Below, piece after piece: positions 20,096-30,028 of a stretch of 64,000 nt of DNA. Under the pieces are notes generated by a model. It did not search any database, had not been told where the DNA came from, and saw nothing but the letters and a program-made list of their open reading frames with translations. The first letter of the stretch is position 1. Every line of letters begins with the position of its first letter. The stretch spans positions 2,282 to 66,281 of the forward strand of contig JAPXSY010000001.1 in NCBI GenBank assembly GCA_033812795.1. The letters run 5' to 3'. This stretch comes from Kiritimatiellia bacterium (lineage in GTDB: Bacteria > Verrucomicrobiota > Kiritimatiellia > RFP12 > UBA1067). Both the position numbers and the translations under genes were made by a program.

Positions 20096-20920
20096 CTAAA
20101 ATCGACAGCCGAGCCCAAGTCCGAAAATCGGATACGTTGTCTTGGCCATTGGCACATCTCTTGCGTTGATGAGTTCGCGCGCCTGCTTGTTGTAAAGCAC
20201 ATAGTGCCGATAACGCCCCCAGAGGTACCAGCTCTCTGTAAACCGCCATTCCGTCAACACCCCCATTACCGCAAACATAAACGAACCGCCAAGAAAATGA
20301 TGATCCGGGCCCTTGCCGTAGTTGCTTCTAAACCTGTTGACGTCACCCCATGTCGTTTCGGCATACGGCGTGACCGTGAATGAGTCCGCCGGCTTGAAAG
20401 GTTTCCGCAAGCCGAAACACATACGCCCATTGGTGGTCGGTGTGACGCATCCAAGGCCGATCCAATACGGTGTAACCCATGGATTGTGCCAATACTGACG
20501 GGCATACCAGGCAATGGGCGTGCGCGGCTTCTCTTCATAGCCCCCATACCAATCCCATAGAATACCGCCGTCTGTAGACACCTTCAACGTCTCTGCAAGT
20601 TTGACGTCATACCCATACAGCAGTGTCCCCTCATAAATATAGAAAGCGCGGCGATGTTTATGATCCGTTTGATCGTTCAGCGCACTGCATATCCAAGCAC
20701 TGCTGGAGAGGCGACCGTAATTCCGCGACTGCACCGTAAGAGACGCGTATTGTTCCGCCACGGGACGTGTATAGGTGAGCGACCCGCCGGAAGAGAGATA
20801 GGCGGATTCAAAATACGCCCTTACATTGACGTGAACGTCAAACTCTTCCGCATGAACATTCGACGTAAACGTGACGAGAACCGCTCCGTAAACAGCGACG
20901 CCTAGCCAACGACGGCCCAT
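20096..20920 (-). CDS. Hypothetical outer-membrane beta-barrel-like protein
   Basis: Signal peptide MGRRWLGVAVYGAVLVTFTSNVHA; aromatic-rich alternating pattern; C-terminal residue Phe. Lies in a visibly lower-GC stretch. Confidence 0.5.
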   Translation of the reverse strand: MGRRWLGVAVYGAVLVTFTSNVHAEEFDVHVNVRAYFESAYLSSGGSLTYTRPVAEQYASLTVQSRNYGRLSSSAWICSALNDQTDHKHRRAFYIYEGTLLYGYDVKLAETLKVSTDGGILWDWYGGYEEKPRTPIAWYARQYWHNPWVTPYWIGLGCVTPTTNGRMCFGLRKPFKPADSFTVTPYAETTWGDVNRFRSNYGKGPDHHFLGGSFMFAVMGVLTEWRFTESWYLWGRYRHYVLYNKQARELINARDVPMAKTTYPIFGLGLGCRF

Positions 20921-21001
20921 ATTGATCTTCTGTGTCGCACAGGAAATCACTCCCGAAAGTCCGCTTAAAAAACGTTGGCCCCGGAGCCGTCCGCCTCTAA
21001 C

Positions 21002-21346
21002 CTACAGGCGCATGAAAAAACCAAGACGCTTAACCGCGCGACTTCGGAACCATCGAGACACCATACACCACCCTGCGGCAGAATGCAAACGGCAGTTGAA
21101 CAGGCAGAATTCGAGAGCAAAATGTGCCCCGTCGAAGCACACCGCCTGCAGCGAGAGTCCCGCCGTGTCGTTGTTGACCGTGATCGGCGTATCGCCCGGG
21201 TTTCGGATGATCACGACATTGCCGCTCATCGGCTTCGCGTTACCCTGCCAATTCGCCGGATTGGACCAGTTGCCATTGCCAGACGTCCACACGCGCGTTT
21301 CGGCGAACAGCGAACACGCCAAAAGCGCCGCGCTGTCACATGCCAC
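21002..21346 (-). pseudogene. Remnant of a beta-helix surface-protein gene (N-terminal motif only)
   Basis: The 114-aa ORF contains WTSGNGNWSNPANWQGNAKP, the same N-terminal motif as the 41243..43267 protein (NYTGATDGDLATDTNWSGGAKP), then degenerates; no full-length partner ORF. Confidence 0.35.
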
Positions 21347-21398
21347 TGTGCGCTACAACGACGCACTCGTGTTGCGCTCGTATCGATGACGCACGTGC

Positions 21399-22256
21399 TC
21401 ATCTATAATCCGTAATGTCTTTGAACAGGCCTTCGCTATACTCGTAAAACCGGATTTGGATTCGAGGGGGATTCTTCTTCGGATCAGCCCTCCAGCCATG
21501 CATGTTTCCCCCCATGGCATTCACCGTAAAGAACACCGGGATTTCACGCCTGGAAACGCTTTTCGGCACAAGACCAAACCCTTCACTCAGACACAACCCG
21601 GAGTGTTTGCGGAGGGTTCCGATCATCTTTAAATCGAATGTCACACGTGACGATCCTCCATAATGACCGAGGATGATTTCCTTCCCATCCGTACCCATTG
21701 TCTGAACGCCATATACGACTGAATACCCCAATTGCAGCGTCTTTTCCTCCTTTGGATTCAGATTCAAGTCAAATGTGCGAATGCAGCAATTGCTGTGCGC
21801 GACTTTACCGAATCGATCTGGGCCCGCATACAATGTGTCACCTACGACCAACGCACCGTCGAGGGAGTCGTCGACCGCACGTTCGTATAACGGATCCAAA
21901 TCTTCGTTCCAGACACGTATGAGGCCTTTGCTGCCATATTTTTTGCGAATCTCTTTTCCCCGGAGTGCAAAGGCTCCGAATATCTTTCCGTCCGCATAAG
22001 CGATGTCCCCAAGATGCGCCGGGACGGTGATGTGCTTTTTGTGAACCCCGTTCCAGTCAAAGCTGTCAATGCCCAATTGATGGCTCAGGTAAAACCCCTT
22101 CTCGGAGCAGCAAGCACCTTGGATGTGCCCCGACTCGATCAGGCAGTCCAGATCATGGGGATGCGTCTCGATCACGGGTAACTTCTCTCCGGCCCGGACA
22201 GTCAGTCCAAGCAAAAAGAGGATGAGACAACCCTGTAACACGGTTCTGCTGTTCAT
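21399..22256 (-). CDS. Secreted hypothetical protein
   Basis: Signal peptide MNSRTVLQGCLILFLLGLTVRA; protein-like composition over 285 aa; lower-GC region; no family recognised. Confidence 0.6.
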   Translation of the reverse strand: MNSRTVLQGCLILFLLGLTVRAGEKLPVIETHPHDLDCLIESGHIQGACCSEKGFYLSHQLGIDSFDWNGVHKKHITVPAHLGDIAYADGKIFGAFALRGKEIRKKYGSKGLIRVWNEDLDPLYERAVDDSLDGALVVGDTLYAGPDRFGKVAHSNCCIRTFDLNLNPKEEKTLQLGYSVVYGVQTMGTDGKEIILGHYGGSSRVTFDLKMIGTLRKHSGLCLSEGFGLVPKSVSRREIPVFFTVNAMGGNMHGWRADPKKNPPRIQIRFYEYSEGLFKDITDYR

Positions 22257-22477
22257 GAATACCCCCTACCCGCTTCCAGATATCATGTAAAACGGATGTG
22301 CCATAATCTTTCAGCCCTATTTAAAAATAATCACGCTCATTACCATTCAGACAAGACACTGCCATCCATAGGGTAAATCGGAAACACATCCGTTTACATA
22401 ATCCGCAACCATTATGCGGGGAGAGGGCAAAAAGAGTCAACCCCTGAAGTCCGCGAAAACGTTTAGGATTGGGTTGG

Positions 22478-22519
22478 GGCTGAAATGGACTTTTTCTGGT
22501 TTCTGGAATGTGTTACAGT
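22478..22519 (+). promoter_or_regulatory. Conserved 42-bp upstream motif, copy 1 (GGCTGAAATGGACTTTTTCTGGTTTCTGGAATGTGTTACAGT)
   Basis: 40 of 42 nt identical to 54982..55023; both copies end 38-39 nt before the start codon of a secreted enzyme gene. Confidence 0.55.
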
Positions 22520-22558
22520 TTTTTCAATTTGGGTAAACCAGTTGTGTGAAAGAAAGGA

Positions 22559-25147
22559 ATGAACGTTCCAATGAAGAATTCTTGTTTCTCATTCGCGTGT
22601 TGCTGCGTTACCTGTCGAGGGGTGCGGGCGGCGGTCATCGTATGGATGTCGCTTGTGGCGACCGTGACAGTCCACGCGTCCGCCTTCGAAAACATCCTGC
22701 ATAACCCCGAACTGCGCCGCGATAAAAGCGGATATGCCTTTGACTGGAATTTCACCTACGAAGGCTTGGAGGATTCGCTGCGGTTCGGAGATGAAGACGG
22801 AATCGGTACAGCCACGCTGCTACCCAGCAAGTTGAGCACGTGCGGGGTGCGTCAGGTCGACATACGTCTCAAATGCGGCGGGAAATACAAAATCGGCGCT
22901 CTGGTACGCACGAAGAACTGCACGTGCACGCAGGGCGGGATCATCATCTATAATCGGGCATGGGTGAAGTCGGAAGGCGTCAGACCCTTCCCGCGAGATA
23001 CAGACGGAAAATGGGTACGGCTCGAGAAAGAGATCACGGCCCCCGAGTCCCGCGGCGGAATGTACGTGTTCACGGTTTACGCTTCAAATCTGACCGAAGG
23101 AGAAATCTCTTTCCGTGAACCCTATCTCATCGCGCTTGATGCCGAGTCCGACGCGGAAGTGGTGCGCCCCCCTAAGCTTTCCGAACTCAGGGCGATCACG
23201 CCGATTACACCGCTTCTCGGGAAGTTGCCGGAAGGCGACGCGACCGTCACGTTCTCCTTCCTCGACGAAATCGAAAAGGATGTCTGCAAGGTCGCGCTTA
23301 AAACGGAAGGCGACGGCGATTTCTGCGAAATCGGCAGTTTCCCGATCATCGGCGGGCTCATCAAGGCAAAGCTCCCCGACCTCAAACCCGGTCGCGGCTC
23401 CATCCGGGTCGCGGTTTGCGACAAGTCGGGCGTGGAGGTGGCCGCGAACGAATATCCGGTTCGCGTGTTGGCACGGGCGGAAACTCCGCCTGAGGGGCGC
23501 AGACTTAACGAGCTTGTAACCCGCATCCTGACTGCGGAGTCGAAAGACGGGGAATTCCGTTTTCAGGCTCCGCGCGACGGATGGATCTGGATCTCGCTCG
23601 AGCGCGGCAACGAGGGAACGACAGTGACGCTTGATGACGGGACAGAGCCGGTCATTATCCACCGCGAAAACGAACGCTACGAAACCATGCGTCACGTGAA
23701 GAGCGGCGAACATGTCCTCAGCGTCAAAGGTGCGACAGGCGGAAGCCTCGTCGTGAATTCGATTCCGATGATCGCGGGATTTACCGTGCCGATCCGATTC
23801 TTCAAGGATTATTACGAGGTTTTCGGCGGCAAATTCTGCCGCGAGCGGATTTTTCCCGTGATCAACACCTTCAGCATAGGCTATCCACTGAGGGTAATCG
23901 GCGAGGATGAACTCGCCGACCTCAAATCGCGCGGCAAGGAGCTGCTCGGACAGATCTGCCCCTGGAACCCGAAGCAACATCCCGAATGCGACGGAACCCG
24001 TACCGAACCCGCAGATCATCTCACGAAGCGGATGAGAAACAGCAATGGGATGACATCGCCGGAAATGAGCGGCACGACTTTCGACGAGATCTACGCGGAC
24101 GACGTCCTGCCGAAACTTGTGTTTTCGGAAGTGCTCAGGAATCTCGCGACCGCGCAGCGTCCGGTCTACATCTGGAGCGCTGGCTATACCTACGCCTTTA
24201 ATGCGCTTAACCGTGAGTTCCTGTCAGCCGTAGCCAATGCCTGCGACGGTAACGGCAAGCTCAATTTCGAGTGTTATCCCTGGACGAAACCGACCGAAGC
24301 GGAGGCTGTGGCACATATCGAGGAAATGCTGGTCGATTCGATGATCCGCGCCAACCGGCTGATGCCCGGATACGTGAATTCTTCCTGTTATCATCTGGGA
24401 GCGTACTCTCTCCCCGGCCGCATGAGCTACGATCATTATTTCTATGCCGATTACCGCTGGCTCGTCGACCGCTACTGGCGGACGCTGGCGACGAATCCGC
24501 TTTTCCGCGGTCTCGCCGGTATCGGGCTCTACGCTTATATTTACGCGTCTGAGGAGGATGTCCGCTGGCTGCTCGCGACTATCCGCCACTACGCGATCGA
24601 GGGGCGTACCGATTCGCTGGCTGATCGCTATGGCTTTGGCTATATCCTTCCGCATCTCAAGAACGCCGATTTCGCGTCCGGACTCGACGGCTGGCGCGTT
24701 TCCGAAGGTGAACCGGGTTGTGTGATCGCCTGTCAGCGCAAGAACTTTGCCCGTGGCGTGCTCAGATACCACGATTCCAAGGGGGAGTCGACGTGCGTGC
24801 TGAAACGCTCGGCGAAGGAGGCGAACACGATCGCACGGGAGATCGAGAATCTCGTTCCCGGCAGGCTTTATACACTCAGGTACGCCGTCCACAACACGAA
24901 CGGCGTGTTCGATGTCGCGGTGACACTCTCGGGAGCAACGGATGTAACTGCGACGACAGAAGTGGCGGCGAACGGTCAGACCTCAGTCGTGACGAAGGAT
25001 CTTGATGTGCGTACCCTCGTCTTCCGTGCCGAGCATGAGAAGGCGACGTTCTCGCTTACCGACTGGCTCGACGAGAAGGTACCGAAACGCGGTATCGGCG
25101 AGGAGACGCTGTTCGGCGCCATCCGTGTCAGACCGTATTACGAATGA
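22559..25147 (+). CDS. Large secreted hypothetical protein (putative carbohydrate-active enzyme; family not recognised)
   Basis: 862-aa ORF with a hydrophobic signal region (AAVIVWMSLVATVTVHASA); AGGA SD before ATG 22559; shares its upstream motif with the GH5 gene at 55062. Confidence 0.75.
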   Translation: MNVPMKNSCFSFACCCVTCRGVRAAVIVWMSLVATVTVHASAFENILHNPELRRDKSGYAFDWNFTYEGLEDSLRFGDEDGIGTATLLPSKLSTCGVRQVDIRLKCGGKYKIGALVRTKNCTCTQGGIIIYNRAWVKSEGVRPFPRDTDGKWVRLEKEITAPESRGGMYVFTVYASNLTEGEISFREPYLIALDAESDAEVVRPPKLSELRAITPITPLLGKLPEGDATVTFSFLDEIEKDVCKVALKTEGDGDFCEIGSFPIIGGLIKAKLPDLKPGRGSIRVAVCDKSGVEVAANEYPVRVLARAETPPEGRRLNELVTRILTAESKDGEFRFQAPRDGWIWISLERGNEGTTVTLDDGTEPVIIHRENERYETMRHVKSGEHVLSVKGATGGSLVVNSIPMIAGFTVPIRFFKDYYEVFGGKFCRERIFPVINTFSIGYPLRVIGEDELADLKSRGKELLGQICPWNPKQHPECDGTRTEPADHLTKRMRNSNGMTSPEMSGTTFDEIYADDVLPKLVFSEVLRNLATAQRPVYIWSAGYTYAFNALNREFLSAVANACDGNGKLNFECYPWTKPTEAEAVAHIEEMLVDSMIRANRLMPGYVNSSCYHLGAYSLPGRMSYDHYFYADYRWLVDRYWRTLATNPLFRGLAGIGLYAYIYASEEDVRWLLATIRHYAIEGRTDSLADRYGFGYILPHLKNADFASGLDGWRVSEGEPGCVIACQRKNFARGVLRYHDSKGESTCVLKRSAKEANTIAREIENLVPGRLYTLRYAVHNTNGVFDVAVTLSGATDVTATTEVAANGQTSVVTKDLDVRTLVFRAEHEKATFSLTDWLDEKVPKRGIGEETLFGAIRVRPYYE

Positions 25148-25306
25148 ATTCAAGCCAAAAGGAGCAGTTGAACGGGTAGAATTCTGGCAAAGCTCCGTAA
25201 ACATTGGGTTTTGTCGCGGTCCCCGCCGCACCGTATTGAGATGCGGGCGGAGCCCGCAATCTCAAAGGCTGTGAGACTGTGAGGTGGTGGTATTCCGTGG
25301 TTAAAT

Positions 25307-25432
25307 GATCGATCCCGATCCCGATAGCGATCCCGACCCCGATTTGGATGAAACCTTGAAACCCTGAAACCATGAAACCAGAAACCCGATCCCGATTCCG
25401 ATAGCGATCCCGACCCCGATTTGGATGAAACC
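25307..25432. repeat. Direct repeat: two ~48-bp units (GATCCCGAT[A/T]CCGATAGCGATCCCGACCCCGATTTGGATGAAACC) separated by four TGAAACC-type heptamers
   Basis: Seen directly at 25307..25355 and 25385..25432; lies between convergent genes 22559..25147 (+) and 25503..29630 (-). Confidence 0.6.
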
Positions 25433-25502
25433 AAAGAAAGGTGAAGGTTCAACTGCTCTTTTTAGGTTTAAGCCACAAACAGGAATGCGAATACCTGTCT
25501 TT

Positions 25503-28500
25503 TTACTCTCGCGGTTGCGAACCACTACCTGACCGTAAAATCATCGTGGGCCAGAGATAGGGCTTGCGGTCACAGGTGGCTCCAGATTCCACGGCGAAGG
25601 ACAACCCCCGTTCAACGCGTTCGTCTGGTTTCACGTAATCATGAAGGTAAAGCCCCAAACCCGCCACCGTGCCCGGCTTGAGGTCGACAGGCGCCATGTA
25701 GCGCTTCGCAATCGCGATCTCGTACACGTAACCCTGCGCCGTGCGCGTGAACGTGTGCTGCATCTTTGTGCGGATCTCCTCGTCCGTGGCCGACTGTGTG
25801 CCTTGCGCGAGCTGCCAGTTCACCGCCCTTTGCCGCCAGCAATGTCCCTGCGCGAAGTCGTAACGCATGTCGTTCTCGTCGTAATCTTTTTCGCCTTGGC
25901 TGCGGGCATCGGCGAAACCGTCAAAGAACACCTCCAGGCACCCGTCGTAGGCATACAGGTGCTGCGGCCTGAACGGCTGCTGCGACTCGGCGAGCGGGAC
26001 GAACGCGGGATCCTCCACGTCTACGCGCAGGAAGAAGAAGTCGGCGTTGTACGCCGCCTTGAACGCGGCCTTCATCGCGACGGGCCTGCCGTCTTCCGCG
26101 CGCACCTCGTTCACAAGGGGGATCGCGCGGACAGACGCCCAGTCAGGCACCGCGCCGCACTCGTCCACGTAGAACCACTGCGCGCGCCAGGGCTTGGAGA
26201 GCGTGGAGATGTGCCCTTCCCATGTGTAGAGCGTCATCGCCTGCGGGTCGGGCGTTTCGACAATCGGGAAGACCTCCGTGCCTCGGGCGGGGATCGCGTA
26301 GGGCAGGCTGCGCCCGTTCACGGTGAGCTCGCCCTCCTGCGTCTTCTTGGTGACGTTGTCCACGACAAGCGACAGGACGCCCCTCTCGTCGGGGCGCACG
26401 TCCACGACGAGGGCCGTGGCGGGATCGTCAGAGGCGGCATCCTCCAGCGCCTGCAGCAGCGCCGCTGCATCGCGGCCCGCAAGGAAGAGCGGCGCAGGCG
26501 TGAGCGGAATCTCGTACCGCCCGTCCACCGGTTTCGGCAGGGCGCGGCGGTTGCCGTTCATGTCGTAGGCGGCCGTGCCGGCCGGCAAGGCCATCTGTAC
26601 GACAGGGCCTTTGCGACGACCGAGTTCGGCGTCATGGTTTGTGGTCCACACGGCGAGGATCGCCTGCGTGGAACCGTCCTCCCGCTTCTGGTTGAAGCAA
26701 TACCCGCGCACGTCGCCGAACGGCTGCGCGTCGCCCGCCCAGCGCGGATCGGGCAGCAGGCGCGCCAGAGTGTTGGGCACCTTGCTCCAGCCCCGGGGAG
26801 AGAAGGCGAGGTCAAACACCGGCGCACTCTGCCACGGATGCGCCATGCGCACTTTCGGCCAGAACTTGAGCGCAATGAGGTAGAGGCGCATCAAACTCGC
26901 CGCGTGCGTGAACTCGCGCACGCCCGCGGCAAGCGAGGGCATCTGCTGGCCGCGGAAACGGTCGCCCCAGCCGTGTGCGCCCCATTCGGGGATGTTCATC
27001 GGCAACATGTTGAAGCATTCGGTGAAATAAACGGGGACATCCGGCGCGTAGCCGTAATGGGCCATGCGCGCGATCAGGTGCTGCGTCTCAACGTCGGCGT
27101 CGCGCGGCCCCAAAATGCCACCGTCGATATTGGAGTAGGGGTGGATCGAGACGGCGGAATACGAAAAACCGTGCTTTTGGGCCGTTTCGAGATAGCCGTC
27201 GATCACATCGTAGTTGCGCCCGCGGAAGTAATGGCTCGTGCCGTGCGTGGGCGTGAAGCCGAGTTTCAGCCCGCGCTCATCGAACGCGCGTTTCGCGCCT
27301 TTCCACACGGCATACTGCAGCTTGAAGTATTCATCGAAACCGATGCGGCGGGCGCAGTCTTCATCCTCGTTCCAGTACGTCCACACGAGGTCGTTCGTGG
27401 CGCAGTTTTTCGCAAGTTCGTAAGCGCATGACTCCAGGGCGGCCTGTACCTCTGGCGTGGCTTTTTCGATGTACCGGAACGGGCTGAAGCTTTTCTTCTC
27501 CGCCAGTTCGGGATGCGCCGCGAGAGCCGCCGCGCGCAAGACGGCGTTCGTCTGCGTGAGGCGTTCATACGCAACGGGATGCACGATGTTCTGGATGTCA
27601 TAATCGCGGAAGAAGTGCGCCGCCGTGGATGTCGTGAGCGTGTCGTTGCCGACGCCGTTGACCGAACCGAATCCCCACTCGACGAATTTCTTTGCCATGT
27701 GCGGCGTACGGGCGTGCTTGCCGAACCACATGTGCGAGCAGAAGAACCGCTTCGTGGCGTGCGTGGCGTTGCAGGGAACCATTATCGAAAAACGTTCGTA
27801 GTCCGTCCATGCGCAGCCATCCGGTAAACGGAAATCGTAGCGCACGGTGAAGACGCCCTCGCCGAGTCTTTCAGGCGGCAAGACGAACGGCATCTCAGCG
27901 CGGCCTGCGGCGTCGAGCGCGGCGGACAGATGCTCGTCCACGCACGTTTCATGATAGACGTTCGCCACACGAACGCGCACGTCGAACGGCAGCCCGGCGG
28001 TGCCGACGAACGAGAGGTGCCCGGCGTAGTCTTCACCCGGCACAAGGTCGTTGTCAGGGTCGGACGTGATGAGGTGCGCGATGACGGGGTCATCCACGTT
28101 TGCCGTCGCCTCGACGCCCGCCTCCACCTGGATGCCGTCCACGAAGACGTTCGCGCCGCCCAGCTGCAGGTAGATGCCGCTGGAATCGGGCGAAAACGTG
28201 TATTCCACGCGCTTCCAGCCCTCCTCGGGCTTGATGTTCCAATGGCAGCGCAGCTTTTCCGGGTCGGGTAGGAACTTCATGAACGCACGGTTGCCGCGCA
28301 TCGCCACGGATTTGGGCCACAGCGAGAGGTATCCGTTCTTTTCGCCGCGCACTTTGAACCAGACGCTCACCGTGTAGCGCTTGCCCGCCTCCAACGGCAG
28401 CGCCGCCGAGCAAATCCCGCACATGCGCGGCTGCGATGCGTTGAGTTCCATCATCTTCGCGCCGAACAGGCCGCCGCCCACCACGGCGTACTTCTCCCTG

Positions 28501-29630
28501 TCGCCCTCGGCCGGCGGGTCCCAGACGGACCCGCCGTCCTCCCAGCGCCAGTGCTTGAGTCCCTGCTCGAAGGAGCCGTTCACCAGCAGGTTGCGCGTGG
28601 GCCGCGGCGGCACGTGCAAGGCGTCGGACGCCCAGAAATCGATGCCCCCCACGGGCGGCTCGGCGGCGTGCTTCGCCACGGAGGACATGCAGAGGTCGAT
28701 CACGATGCGTCCCTTCACAGGACGCGTCCGCGCCGGATCGGCGCTGAAGTGACTCAGCCCCACGACCGGGAACACGCCGCGCCGATAGGTGTCCCATGTA
28801 GGCCCTGTCCGATGCAGCATGTGGTACCAAGGACCGGACGCCAAAGCGTTCGTGGGGAAAAAGATCTCGAAATGCAGCTCTTCGTTGTCAGGCTCGTGAA
28901 AGAAACGCACATCGCCCGCATGCTTACCGCCTGTCTGGAGGTGGTGCTTTTCAGGATTTTTCTGCATGAGGGGGGTGAAGGCCGCGATGTCGATGGGCTG
29001 GAACGGCACATCGCCCGCGCCGAAGACGTTCTTCGTCACGTCGCCGCCGTAGTTGATGTTGCACCAGGTGTAGCTGTGGAACTTTTGGCCGATCCGGTTC
29101 GCCTTCTCCTGCGGCACGCCGAAGTCGTAGTCCACGTTCACCTTGGAATCGGCCGCGCCGGAGACACGGTAGGAGAAGACGGCCGTCTCTCCGTCCGTGC
29201 CCGGCACGTTGTATTCGCGGCGCCATGTGGCGGTTCCGGCGGCACGGTCGACCGTGAGTTCGTCGGGGCGATCGGTCTTGACGCTCGCGGCGGGGCCCAG
29301 GTTGAGAACGAGCCAGTGCCGCGTACCCAGATAGACGACGAGCCGCCCGAAAAGCATGGGCTCGTTGCAGTTCACCTTGGCGTCCTCACCGCTCACCATC
29401 ACACGCTTGTCGCCTGCATGGAAGTTGACCACATCCAAAGCCTTGCCGCGGTCAGTGCCGACGGTCGCGGTCATCACCACCTGCTGGCGCACGGCGCCTT
29501 CGCGCGCGAACGGTGTCCACGTCACGGGCAGCGGCGCACAGCCCGCAGGTTCAGACTGTTCGGCAAACGCCAAAACGCCGACACCGATCAACGCCATTAT
29601 GAAAAACGACTTCTTCGGGTAGTGTCTCAT
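25503..29630 (-). CDS. Secreted multidomain glycoside hydrolase with a CBM4/9/22-like module and a C-terminal CBM9-like module (GH family uncertain)
   Basis: Signal peptide after ATG 29630 (MRHYPKKSFFIMALIGVGVLAFA). NLLVNGSFEQGLKHWRW is typical of CBM4_9-type modules; a central TIM-barrel-like region follows; the C-terminus has a CBM9-like YDGCLEVFFDG segment. Confidence 0.75.
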   Translation of the reverse strand: MRHYPKKSFFIMALIGVGVLAFAEQSEPAGCAPLPVTWTPFAREGAVRQQVVMTATVGTDRGKALDVVNFHAGDKRVMVSGEDAKVNCNEPMLFGRLVVYLGTRHWLVLNLGPAASVKTDRPDELTVDRAAGTATWRREYNVPGTDGETAVFSYRVSGAADSKVNVDYDFGVPQEKANRIGQKFHSYTWCNINYGGDVTKNVFGAGDVPFQPIDIAAFTPLMQKNPEKHHLQTGGKHAGDVRFFHEPDNEELHFEIFFPTNALASGPWYHMLHRTGPTWDTYRRGVFPVVGLSHFSADPARTRPVKGRIVIDLCMSSVAKHAAEPPVGGIDFWASDALHVPPRPTRNLLVNGSFEQGLKHWRWEDGGSVWDPPAEGDREKYAVVGGGLFGAKMMELNASQPRMCGICSAALPLEAGKRYTVSVWFKVRGEKNGYLSLWPKSVAMRGNRAFMKFLPDPEKLRCHWNIKPEEGWKRVEYTFSPDSSGIYLQLGGANVFVDGIQVEAGVEATANVDDPVIAHLITSDPDNDLVPGEDYAGHLSFVGTAGLPFDVRVRVANVYHETCVDEHLSAALDAAGRAEMPFVLPPERLGEGVFTVRYDFRLPDGCAWTDYERFSIMVPCNATHATKRFFCSHMWFGKHARTPHMAKKFVEWGFGSVNGVGNDTLTTSTAAHFFRDYDIQNIVHPVAYERLTQTNAVLRAAALAAHPELAEKKSFSPFRYIEKATPEVQAALESCAYELAKNCATNDLVWTYWNEDEDCARRIGFDEYFKLQYAVWKGAKRAFDERGLKLGFTPTHGTSHYFRGRNYDVIDGYLETAQKHGFSYSAVSIHPYSNIDGGILGPRDADVETQHLIARMAHYGYAPDVPVYFTECFNMLPMNIPEWGAHGWGDRFRGQQMPSLAAGVREFTHAASLMRLYLIALKFWPKVRMAHPWQSAPVFDLAFSPRGWSKVPNTLARLLPDPRWAGDAQPFGDVRGYCFNQKREDGSTQAILAVWTTNHDAELGRRKGPVVQMALPAGTAAYDMNGNRRALPKPVDGRYEIPLTPAPLFLAGRDAAALLQALEDAASDDPATALVVDVRPDERGVLSLVVDNVTKKTQEGELTVNGRSLPYAIPARGTEVFPIVETPDPQAMTLYTWEGHISTLSKPWRAQWFYVDECGAVPDWASVRAIPLVNEVRAEDGRPVAMKAAFKAAYNADFFFLRVDVEDPAFVPLAESQQPFRPQHLYAYDGCLEVFFDGFADARSQGEKDYDENDMRYDFAQGHCWRQRAVNWQLAQGTQSATDEEIRTKMQHTFTRTAQGYVYEIAIAKRYMAPVDLKPGTVAGLGLYLHDYVKPDERVERGLSFAVESGATCDRKPYLWPTMILRSGSGSQPRE

Positions 29631-29748
29631 TTCAAGGACATAATTAGACCACACGAGAGGATTGCTTCCAGGCGCAAAGACATCCCGCCATCCTCACACC
29701 CGTCCATGTCTCAAAACATGACCCTCTCACCTTCATGCGCTACCTTCT

Positions 29749-29773
29749 GGAGGGATGTTCACCCTCCTTTTTT
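29749..29773 (+). terminator. Intrinsic-terminator-like hairpin (GGAGGG-ATGTTCA-CCCTCC followed by TTTTTT)
   Basis: Perfect 6-bp stem, 7-nt loop and a T6 run on the + strand; no + strand gene ends within 4 kb upstream. Confidence 0.5.
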
Positions 29774-30028
29774 CCTTCTCGTTCCTGCCCACCTGCACCC
29801 GCGGCGCATGACCGAAGCCCGGTAGCCTGTCGCCATTCGTAACAATAGCATACCGTACCCATGGCACAAAAGAAGCAATGAAAAAAGAAATGTAAAATTG
29901 TTGTATTGTCCGTAACTGTGAAGATTGACAGGGCATACGGGAATGTGGGAAGCTATCGACAACACGAAAATGGTGCTGGACACTTAGATGCCTTCATGAG
30001 GACGAAAAAGGATAGCGGGCGCGGGCGC

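Noticed and set aside
25307-25432. Possible CRISPR array
   Set aside because: Only two long (~48 bp) repeat units separated by heptamer mini-repeats rather than unique spacers. There are no further copies and no cas genes nearby.
25641-27431. 596-aa + strand ORF opposite the large CBM-containing GH gene
   Set aside because: Low-complexity R/V/G/H-rich translation; antisense shadow of 25503..29630.
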